A stretch of 63,389 nt of DNA, filler included, from Craspedostauros australis (lineage: Eukaryota), in assembly GCA_030167865.1 (NCBI GenBank). It is 7 parts of 7 records of this genome, joined end to end, with 100 filler letters (N's around TTAATTAATTAA, not from the genome) between each part and the next. Parts side by side here need not be neighbours in the genome. Positions count along the whole stretch, not along the records: positions 1 to 28,714 come from JALAGF010005897.1; 6 more parts are not named here. One strand, 5' to 3'. Positions 1 through 11,029 of this stretch are shown in pieces (within the stretch, counting starts at the first letter, position 1; each line of letters opens with the position of its first letter). The position numbers were made by a program, and so were the translations under genes. The notes under the pieces are model-generated. The model saw nothing but the letters and a program-made list of their open reading frames with translations, was not told where the DNA came from and made no database searches.

Positions 1-2635
1 TGAGACTGGTCAACGTGGAGTGTTGTTGGCTGTCCTGGCATGGCAAATTTTGTTGTTGCCGCGCGCAGTCATCATCGTGTCTTGTGGAGGAGGAGTCACA
101 CGATGTCTCTTCCTCTGTTGTGACTCGTTTTTCATGACGTGGAATCCGTTCCATGTGACGTAGAAGACGGATCAGCGAGAGTAAACACGAAATAGCTCTA
201 AATATCCAATCGCCGTTTCTCCCAAAAGCAAGCAAACCAGTGGCAACAAGGGGCCAAAACTCCACAACTAGTGATATCGCGACACCGTTTTACATTGAGT
301 GCAGCTAGTAGGGAGAAGCAAGGTGCGCACAAGTGCACTATACAAGGACCAACACGGTACTCGCATGCCCGGAGGGGCGTGTTGATAAACGATACAAACT
401 CAATCGAAATGAGTTCTTCAATAGCCTTGAAATAGCTCTTTGTGAACCAGAATCACTACGCATCGCTCGTACTCAACTCCACGAACAGGCTGGCACCGGC
501 TTCACTCAGCGACCAACTGTACCTTGCAGCTTGGGGTACTTGACGCGACCTTCTTCATGTCCGTTCGAAGTGGAGTAATCCTGTATGCAGATGTCCAAAG
601 GCCAGAACATCACCACCACCGCAACCACGTCAACGGTTGGTGCTGCCCAACCATTCGCAAGTCGAAAATGAGTGCAGGAGTGGAGCCCAGAACCACAGCA
701 GGGAGATGCCTAGTCGTATGACGATGGCATCAGCACCACGTCAAGCAATACTATCCCGAAAGTGGGTGGAGTTGTGTTGGCCTGCTGCGAGATCCTTGAA
801 GGGAGATTGGTTGGTGGATCAGGTTGGGACGCGAGCTCCTTGGTTCGGTGTTCTGTTGCCCAGGCACTGTTGTTGTTTGGTATCCAGCGACAAAAATTCG
901 ACCCTGAATCTGCGCGGGTCTCTGTTCCTTTGTACTCGACGCGACTCATCCAGCTTCGTACTATTCTTATTTGTGATGATACAATACTAGTCGACCCTCC
1001 AAATCGAACATGAAAATGTCTACTGCGGCGTGTTGCGACTCACAGGAGTACCAAAGAAGTAGATAGCATACCCACACTGGCCTTGACTTGTTCGTTGGGC
1101 GCCATTAACAGACGCAACAGACAAATAGCCACCAGGTTAAATGCACTGGGCGGCGCTGCGCATTCGTTTGTTGGTGCCGCTGTCTCGAGGCCATAATCGT
1201 TCTTTTTGCGCACACACGGACAGGTCCCACTACTCTTCCTCGTTCCATGTGCGCAGCGAGCATGTCGCCGCGGCGGCGTTCCGTGGGATTTCTTTGGCGA
1301 CAGATGGGCACGGGCGGGAGTAACATTGTGACGCCATCTGCGCCAACTCGGATCCCCCAATGCGAGCATCAGCATAAGTGTCAAATTCTTGGTTTCCAGA
1401 GACATTTCGCTACTCGGTGTTTGGGTGGTGGCATTGCGCACATCTGTGACTTTGTACGCTCACCGTCGACCTTGTGATATTTGCGCTTTGAGCGGTTGGC
1501 GTGATCGTGAGTGCGTTACCGTTGCCAGATTCATCCTTACTCCTTGTCTTTGTGGCTATTTCTTGTTTCACAACAAGCACGACCACGACCTCCATTCCAC
1601 CCCAATGGTTTCTGTTGGATTGAATTCGCATTGGAGCTGATACTTCATTGGGGCGCGCAAACGTGTCGCATCGCGAAGGCCAACGAACGGCACCGCCCAC
1701 CAACGACACACAAAGTCGACATCCGAACCCGCCAGGCGAAAAGGCGCTTTCTATTCTGGGCAATACTTGTGCGTAATATGGGTATCACATAGATCACGTT
1801 CGCTCCCTTGGCCCAAAGCGCGATAGTGTACCGAGTTTGTGTCTGTTGAAGCGCGGACTGCTTGCTTTTTGTCAGCGATTTCGAATTCGCTCTCGTGAGG
1901 TCCACCGAGTAACAATGCGTCATGTGCCCGAACATTGCACCACGCAGGTGTGGTGGCTTTCGTGCGCAAGAACTGCGTGGACGCGTCCAACAAGTACTTC
2001 CGAAAGCGAAAAGGAGAGACGTGGTAGCAGGAACAGGTAGAGTAAAGGAGAGTGGAGTATTCGTAAGGACAATTACTACGGGTACGACACGGGGCAACAG
2101 ATGCGCCGCCGTTTGTGGCGCTTCCTTGCGCTTCTACGAGTGTGTTCGTACCAATTGTACGAGGACACCAAGTGAGGAATAACGCACAACCCACACGCGA
2201 GAATTACTCCTGTGCCGTTCGTTGAACGGGCGTGTGAATGGGCAGAACTGTATGCTGTGTGCCTCCCAGTGCGAGTACGAGTACGGGCAACACGACAACG
2301 CGATCTCATGGGGTAGAGAAAGCACAACGCACCAAGAAACACCGTGACAACTCATGCCGAAATGCAGTCATCGCGTTTTCGTGTTATTGTTCCGACGACA
2401 GATCCACGCCGAGACCACAATCTCCGTCCACTTGCGACTTCGCTGCGCAGGACAAGCTGATCGCAGAGGAGGATAACCAACAAGACACCCACCATACGCG
2501 TACACGCAGCACATACACGCACAGGCACAGGAGTCATATGCGCAAGAGTCATACTCAAGAACACTGACGAGTATACGAGGAGGACAGAAGGAGACAAGCT
2601 GGCAAGAAACCAAGACAAGAAGACAACACAACACC

Positions 2636-5600
2636 ATGAACGGCCAAGGCAATCATGGAGAGGCGCAACGCCCTGGCAGCGCCACCCACGAGCAACAACA
2701 GCAACAACAGCAGCACCAGCAACAGCAACAGCAGCACCTGTCCTCGCTCCTGCTGGGAGGATCGGGCAACCCAGCGGCTGCTGCGGCGGCCGGCTTCATG
2801 GGATATCCAGGGGCTGCGGCGCTCTTTGGCGGGGCGGCAGCATCGGCAGGTCGGTTCGGAATGGCGGATGCCAGCCTCGAGGAGCAGCTACTGCAGGTGA
2901 GCAAACAGGCATGAGTTCATATGTCTCTGTGAGGTGGCTGCGAGGCGTCCGTGAGAGCCTACTCATTGTCGACCAAGACTGTGCGATGCGAGGCAAGCCG
3001 ATATAGGTGCTCCATCTCGAACTTGATGCTTCTGCGACATGCTTGAATGCACTTTGACACGAGCGGCGCATCTCACCTTCGGTTTCTCTCACTGCAAATC
3101 TCCATTTTCCCTCATATCCCACCTGCATACGTACACGTACCTACATTGACACACAGCGTGCATCTGCCTTGCGAGCCGAAGCCTTGATGCAGCAACAGCA
3201 GCAACAACAACAACAGCAACAACAGCAGCAACAACAGCAACAACTCAATGCGGCGTTGGCAGCCATCCAACAGCAGCAGCAGCTGTCAAGCCTGGGCCTC
3301 AACCCCAGCCTTGCGGCGCTCATGGACGCCCGAAGCGTGCAGGAGCTTGAGAGAATCGCTGCTCTGCGCGACCTCGGTCTGGCGGGAGGGGCAGCTGCTG
3401 CACAGGCACCAGGACCTTCCTCCGCATCCACAGCTCCCACCCCATCGGCCCCCACCAGCTCGGCGGCAGTCGCTGCTGCGAGCCTGGACCGATTCCAGCA
3501 GCTGGAACTCAGCAGGTTGGAAGAGCTGGAGCGGCGTCGGCAGCAGCTTGCGGCCCTGGCGAGCATCCGTCCTGACGCGCAAGCAAGTGCGCCGGGTGCT
3601 CACAATCCTGCCTTCTCGGCTGCTGCTGCGGCAGCCGCTGTCGCATCGTCCCAGGCAGCCAATCTTGCGGCCGCCGAAAAGCAGCAACAGCAGCAGTTGC
3701 AGCAGCAGTTCCATCAACAACAGCAACGCCAACAACAGCAACAGCAACAGCAGCAACAATCTCAGTTGCAGCAACAACAACAGCAACAGCAAGCTCAGTT
3801 GCAGATGCAGATGCAGATGCAATCCAACAAGGCCGTCAAGAGCGACGCGGCGAGCACAACCAACGCCAGCGTCGGAGGCGCGTCCATCGCAGGGTCTTCT
3901 GCTGCTGGCGGCGGCGCTGCTCGAAGTGGCGACAGTGTTGCAGGAACGGGGAAAGGCAAGACCAAAGACAACTTCCGCCGCAACCCCGGCACTGTCATCG
4001 TACCATGCCGGGCACGAGGCATGCCGATGGATCACAACTTCAAGGTAAGCAAAGGTGACCTGGCGTGCCTACGCCGCAAGCAAAGCACAATACAATACAA
4101 TACGACCAATCGCACTGCTAATGGACAATCCATGTCACTCGCTCACTCATATGCACTCACACAACATCCAACTTCATGCCACTCTGTCTTCGAACATTGC
4201 AATGTCGCTTCGCATGCTCTGTGTGCAATGTAACGCGTGCAATCACTGTTGCGCCGTTCCTCCTTCGATTGATTGACTGATTGATCGACTGACCGACCGA
4301 TAGACTGCGTACTTCGTCATCTCTGAAGATGTGAAGCACGGCGATGATCTCGTCTGCTCCTACTTCTCGTGTCACAACGGCGGGGTCAAGTTCCGGTAAG
4401 CAAACCAACGTGTTGTGTGGGCCACCGCATGACACATATTACACATTTTGCACAATCTGCATTGTCGTACCTTTTCCACGTCCTGTGCATTGTCATGTGG
4501 GGCGGCGAATAGCACACGGCGATTCCACTCGTATGACGCTGACTTTGACTGGATATCGACATGAATACCTACAATCATGCCCTGCCTCTTCCATTACCTC
4601 ACACGCTGGTCCCATCTTGCATTGCACTCTCTCGCGTTGCGTTGCGTTGTATTGCATCATTGATGCCAAACAACTTCTCACACCCTCCCTATCTATTCGC
4701 AACCGTCCATTCGGTTTCTCATCACAGCTACTGTGCCCACTGCATGGCCCCAGTCGCCAAGCGCAATTTCTGCCGTCGTCACGACCACGGCCTGGCCAAC
4801 ACGAAGGACAAGGATAAGGATAATGCGTCTGTGGTCAAGCAAGAAGAGGAAGAGGAGGCCGAGTCCATGGATGGTAGCACACGTGCCGGAAGCACCAGCA
4901 AAGCACCGAAATCGGTTGCGACTTCAGGGCCAAGCGCAACATCGTCCAAAAGCAGGAAATCCAAATCCGTCGATCCCGACACCTCCGTCGCAACCACCAA
5001 GTCGCAAGGCGCCCGCGGAGGCGAAAAACCCAACGGCAGCACGTCTGGTAGCAAACGCAAGAAGGCAGCATCATCATCTGCCTCGTCTGTGTCGTCAGCC
5101 CCGCCAACGCCTGCTGCTGCTGCTGCCGCTGCCACGAAGCAGGTAGATTCGGATGCACAAGGCCCGGAGGAACCAACAGCCCCCGTCGACATCGAAAGCA
5201 TCGATCCAGAGCGCCGCAACATGTGGAACGCTCTTCTGTTGAAACGCCCACGCTCCAAGGACCCACGTTACATGTCATCGTGGCTCAACGAAGTCGTCGC
5301 GGTCAGCGATTTGGACGCGCCTCTCGAACAGCTCGACAGCAAGGAGGGCGGGACGGTGATCAGCGAATCGTCAAATGAAAAGCTCGACGAAGGCGGCGCC
5401 AATGCAAATGACAAGGCCAAGCCCAAATCGGCGTCGCTGCGTGCCTCCCCCGCCGCATCACCGATGGCGCAGCCACCGCGAACGGCCGCAAATACAGCAG
5501 CATCTACCAAGGCAGTCTCATCGTCTCCGTCTCCGAGTGCCGCATCCCAGCAGCCGAAAAAGAAGCGCAAGGTAGACAGGAAAGCCGCCCAAGATTCGGC

Positions 5601-6015
5601 AAGCGATGGCAAGCTCGGGGGAACAGGTACATCCATGGCCTTCGCCAGCAGCAGCGCCAAGTCCAAGAAAGAGGAAAAGCAGGCAAAGAAGGAAGAAAAG
5701 CAAGCGAAGAAGAAGGAGGACCTGAAGAGAAAAGAAGACGCCAAGAGAAAGGAGGAAGCAAAGAAGAAGGAGGACAAGTCTTCATCGTTGTCGTCTTCCA
5801 GCACCAGCAAGAAGGCCAAGATCGTGAAGGGGACATCATCATCGCCAACACCACCAGCTCCCCCGAAGAAGCAGGCTGCAAAGACATCCAATCGTTACGG
5901 TGGCAGCGATGATGATGACGACGACGATGATGACTATGCCGGAAGCTACGCCGACTGGAAAGATCGCAAGAAGGAAAAGGCGCTGAAGAAGGGAGTCACA
6001 TCGCTCAAGAAGTAG
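2636..6015 (+). CDS. Q-rich protein with uncharacterised Cys/His 'CRARG' domain (putative zinc-binding nuclear regulator), paralog 1; 4 exons
   Basis: Exons 2636-2896, 3157-4044, 4304-4395 and 4728-6015 join in frame across GT..AG introns. They give PCRARGMPMDHNFK|TAYFVISEDVKHGDDLVCSYFSCHNGGVKFR|YCAHCMAPVAKRNFCRRHDH, a polyQ N-terminus, basic NLS-like stretches (PKKKRKV) and a K/E-rich tail. The same domain is present in the neighbouring paralog. Confidence 0.88.
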
Positions 6016-6835
6016 ACTCGTGAGGCACGCGGTTGCTCTACTCTCTGGCCACATGAGCATGGGGGCTCACATGAGACCATGTTGTGTTCGGTGCAAGAGC
6101 TGCGATTCATCGCGAGTGAATGACGACTTCACGCACTCGTTATTAACAGGATGGAGGAAACAATATTAACGCAAGATGATGCAGGTATACTATTCTACAA
6201 TACAACAGTATGTCTTCCTTCAGCATTCCGCACATTCGAAGTGCTCGCGTAGCACGAGTGTGTCGAGTGAAGCAGCACCCGCGCACACTCCACAAGGAGT
6301 GGTGCTGATGACAAATGCGATTGCACTCATAATTCGCTGTTGCACGATGAGAGAGCAATGGCAATGCGATCGCTGTCTGCGATGTTGAAATATCGCAGCG
6401 TTTGGGCAACGTTTGGGGACGCAACAGCGTCGGGTCACGCAGACACTACCAATACAACCTACTCTTCGTACTCGAACTCGCACTCATGAACGTCACGCAG
6501 GCATCGTTCGTTCTCTTTCTCTAGAAAGAGAGAGCACGATCTACTCTCTAGTTGAAAGGAGTCTCCAGTCTACTCGTGACGAACCGCGTTGCACAAAGGC
6601 AATTGAATGGAACAGTGATTCCGTGTCACGTCAAATTGCATGACATCGCATCATCCGGTCTAACCTGCTCGATTGAAGGGACTCTGTGGTGTGCTGCAAT
6701 CGTAGTCGTACTCGTATGGTGCAATATCTACATTGGCATTGGTATGATGCTACATTGACATACCTGCTGAGGTCTTTGCATGTCTAAGCGCTTCCCGTTG
6801 TGTGCTCGGATTGAAATGGATGGCACTGTCTCCAA

Positions 6836-9800
6836 TCAATCTCCATGCACCTTCTTTCGACGCTTCGCATCTCGTTCCCTCACCTCCTTTTCGTCTTCGT
6901 CAGTGGCTGGCGCAGCATGAGCCGCCGCCACATCCATATTAGCATCATCTTCTTCGTTGTCCTCATCGGAATCGTCATCGTCATCGTTGGTATTGACATC
7001 GCTGCCATTGCCCTCCCCATCCTCACTGCCGTCTACACCGGGATCTTCATCATTGGCGCCATCATCATTATCAACTTTATCATCGTGGTCCTTGCCGTCG
7101 CCATCCTCGCCATCGTAGTCTTCGGTGCTGGAGGGTGGATCCGCAACCGTATCGCCCTGCGATTCTGACTTGGCCTCGTTGTTGACCGTTTCGTTCTTGC
7201 GTTCACTCGTGCCGCCTGAATCTTTGCCAAGTTCTTTGGGTTTGCATTGAGAAGGATACTCTCCTCGAGTTGGATCCTGCGTTCCTGATGTCCGTTGATC
7301 TGTAGCCTCTTCCGACTGTCTGTCCGAATCATCGTTGGGGGAACCATCATGCGGAGACGTCGACAGCGAGTCGTTGGAGGTGGATTCTTCGTACCTCGTC
7401 GACGTGCCGCTGTGCGATGAGTAGTTCTGGTCGGGCTCCTTTTGTACGGCGGGTTCGCCGTTTCCGGTTTCGTTGGCATTGGCATTAGCGTTCGAATTTG
7501 CGTTGGCACTGCCGGAGCTGTCAGGGATGGAGAATGGGCCATTGGGCGGGATGACGTTGGCGTCGCTGACGGAGAGCACCTTCATCAACCATGCCGATAC
7601 CTCATCGCCATTGTCCATCGAAGGCCTCTCATCGAGCAGCGTGGCCCATGCCTTTTGTCTTCGGCTTCGAATGGAATCCACAGCATGTTTTCCATCGCTT
7701 GGCGCGCCTGCACCCGCAGTCGTAGCAGAGAGTTGTTGCGGCTGCTTGGCATCGTTCCCATCGTCGCCATCGTCCCCATTGTCCCCATCGCCCACATCTT
7801 TCACATCTTCCACGTCGCCAGCACCGTCGTCGTCGTCATCATCATCATCCTCTTCAGCATGATCGATGCCATCATCTTCGCCCCCGAGCTGTTGACCATT
7901 GCCGCGCTCGCCAACATCATTCCCTTCATCCGTCGGGTGTTGGTTTTGGTGAGCCTTAGTTCTGTTGCCGGTGGGGACGGCATCGGGCAGCTCACCACGA
8001 GGAGGCTGCGCCCATTGGTTGGCGCTGGAAACATGGACACCTTGCTGCTCTTGCATTTGCTGTTGCTGCTGGCGGACAACCGGTCTGCCTTCGTTGGCTT
8101 GTATGGTTGCATCCGTAGAGGAAATGGTCTTGATCGTGTGCGAGCTCGAGGACTTTGCCATGCGACCGTCGTTGTGGTGATCACCTTCGTGGTCGTGGCG
8201 ATTGCGGAAGTTGCGCTTGGCGACGGCGGCCTTGCAGGAGTTGCACCAGCGAAACTTGACGCCGCTGTTGCGGCATGCCGGGTAGTTGCAGACGAGGTGC
8301 TCCCCGTGCTTGATGTCGTGCGGAATGATGAAGTAGGCCGTCTTCAGGAACGAGTTTGATAATGGCGTTGCATCGTATGTACAAGAGCCGCGTTATCATT
8401 GTGCAAGTGAGAAACGAAAGCATGAAGTTCAACGGAGATGGAAAGCTGCATGCATGATGCAAGAAAGGCAGCTAATCAAGAAGAAAGACAGCAGCACCGT
8501 GGCACTCAGCTCCCCGTCGACTAGTTTGAAGGAGACATGGCCGCTCGATGATCATTGATCCTCAGAATGCGCGATAGCACGATACATGTAGCTTGGAGTA
8601 GAGCAGTTGACTGACCTTGAAGTTGTGATCCAACGGCATCCCTCTTGCTCGACACGGGATGAAGTTGTCACTGACAGAAGTGTCGGGCTTGCTGGCCTTG
8701 TCCGCGATGGATGATGATTCGTTTTGAGACATGTCGGGAGGTTGAGGGTTAGATGGCATCTTTTCCATGATGTCCTTCGAAGGTTGGCGGAAGGAAAGAC
8801 CCTGGTGGTGCAGAGCGGTCATCAGCGCCGGTGGTGGGGGATTGCTTGGCCCATCGGGGGATGCCGCTGACTTTGTCTGGGACACGATAGACGGTGGCTG
8901 TGCTGCTGCGGCTGCTGGGGGCATCGCCATGTGCAGTGCCGCTACACCAGTGCCTGGCTTGTTGGAAAGAAGCTGCATTGCCCTCTGAATGTGCGTGCTA
9001 AGTTCTTCATTCTTCGAGGGCGCGGTCCCCAGTCCACCGCTTGCCTGTTGTTGTTGTTGTTGTTGTTGCTGCTGCTGCTGTTGTTGTTGTAGGTTCTGGT
9101 GCTGTGCTATCGGAGGCTGCGATTGCTGTTGCTGTTGCTGGTGTTGTTGTTGCTGTTGTAGGTTCTGGTGCTGTGCTATCGGAGGCTGCGACTGCTGTTG
9201 CTGTGGTTGTGGTTGTGGTTGCGGTGGTTGCTGTGGTTGCGGCTGTTGCGGTGGCATCATCGGTTGCCTCTGGTGCTGTTGGTGTTGCATCTGACCGAGT
9301 ATGGAAAGAATCTGGCCCAGGGCCATCATTGGCTGATTCTGCTGTGGTTGCTGCTGCTGTTGTGGCAGTTGCTGTGGTTGCTGATTGTGTTGTTGGCTTT
9401 CAAACATCATCCTGAGGTTCTGCGGAGCGACCTGAGTCGCAGCAGTCGGTGCGGTTGTCCCAGGTGCGGAAGGCGGTCCTGCTGCAGCCTGAAGGAATTG
9501 ACCCGCTGCATTGTTGGCACCACCGCCTGCAGAAACAGTTCCAGGAGCCGCAGGCTGGCCGGCAAGGAGCTTGGCCATGACCTGATTGCGCAGCGCTGCG
9601 AGGAATGGATTGTTCGCCACGTTGGGCTGGTTCTGACCAAAGGCAAGGCCTGAGAAGTTGGCTTGCTGCAGCTGCTGTCCCTGCACATCGGTGGAAACCG
9701 AGGTGGGTGCAACTGGTGCTCCAGGTCCTGCTCCTGCAGCCTCTCCTGCTGCTGAGGCTGCGGCTTCATTGCTCCCATGATCAGGCCGCTGTCCCTGTCC

Positions 9801-9866
9801 TTGCTGCCCTTGCTGCGAAGAAGGTGGCGCCATCGGCCGGTTGCCCCCCGGCTGATCGAGCGCCAT
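6836..9866 (-). CDS. Q/P-rich protein with uncharacterised Cys/His 'CRARG' domain, paralog 2; 2 exons
   Basis: Exon 9866-8616 (start ATG uncertain, frame open to 9983), intron 8615-8342 (GTCAGT..GAAG), exon 8341-6836. The splice gives PCRARGMPLDHNFK|TAYFIIPHDIKHGEHLVCNYPACRNSGVKFRWCNSCKAAVAKRNFRNRHDH, followed by an acidic C-terminus ending in KRRKK. Confidence 0.87.
9040..9250. repeat. PolyQ tracts with a ~69-bp internal tandem duplication (SQPPIAQHQNLQQQQ twice) inside paralog 2
   Basis: AGGTTCTGGTGCTGTGCTATCGGAGGCTGCGA occurs at 9091 and 9160, flanked by (TTG/CTG)n runs. Confidence 0.85.
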
Positions 9867-11029
9867 CACCACAGGCAACCTCCTTCGCTCCAGATGTTGG
9901 TGCCTAGGGCACAGAGTATGAGTGGGATGCCCCGAACTGGTGTGCCCAACTGCTGCCCCTGTTGCCGTTGAGTTGGTATGCACGTGTGCAAGTCCGTGGA
10001 CGAGGATGCGGTCGAGTCACTGTATCTGTATCTGCGTCTGTTGTGCCATGGAACATTGCGTTGCCATTCACGGGCAGTGTTGATGTTGGTGTTGGTGCCT
10101 GCAGCGTGTGCACTTCCTTCCGCTTGTTGCAAAAGTTGTGGTGGCCTGTGTGGATACGAACACTGTGTCCTGTTCCGCTCTGCGTCTCGGAGCCTTGCTG
10201 TCCGACGCTGTTGCCTTGTGTTCATTGTGCATGCACAACACCAAAAGTCATTGGACACAATGTGCTGTTGTGCTGCACAAATGCAAAGCCAATCTGCAAT
10301 ACTGGATGGTGCGGGCCACATCACTTCGCGAATGGGTTCCGAGCCGAACGACCATCTGTTCGCATCCAGCAACAGCCAACCAAAACCAACGATTTTGTTC
10401 AGCGCTCCGCTGTCAGCTTGTCACACCCACGTCCTTTGTGCCACTGGCTTCAACATGACACGTTTCTCCCTTGCGCGTCGCACTCCCCAAATTCCGAACT
10501 GCCAAAAATGGAATCCGACACAACACTACTACGCGCAACACGCGGCTACCACTACAGAAGTCCATCCGTGTAGCCTCGCAGACGAGAGTAGAGGATAAAC
10601 TGTCCTGCAATTGGATACACTACTATTATATAATATTATACATGCGAGTACACACCATACTTACATGCTGGTGATTATGTACAAGAAGCTGTGCAAGATT
10701 GAGTCAAGAGTTGTCGGTATCTGCATACATACAATAGATTGAACTAATACAGCACCGCAGTTCAGCCCTTCAGCCAACTATCCACGGATGCAGCGACAAT
10801 AGCCGCTACTACACTGGGCTTCATGAGATTCCTGTAGAGCGTGTTTTCAAAGACTCTGCCTTAAACATGATGTTATATGAAGGTGAGAGTATGAGTATGA
10901 GTACAAGTGCGAGTGCTTGTACATGCACGAGCTGTGGTACGTACTCGTATGGTATAGTACCATACTCTCCCGATACTACTTGTTGACATGGAAATCGCAC
11001 GAACTGCGGCAACATAGCGAGGCACCTCG

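Noticed and set aside
1..2600. Protein-coding genes among the short ORFs at the window start
   Set aside because: No motifs, no consistent coding frame and no convincing splice structure were found; treated as intergenic or relic sequence.
2555..9415. Poly-Cys, poly-Leu and poly-Val ORFs (e.g. 2653-2904, 3141-3566, 3286-4035, 8989-9294) as metallothionein-like or membrane proteins
   Set aside because: They are antisense or shifted readings of the CAG/CAA polyQ tracts of the real genes.
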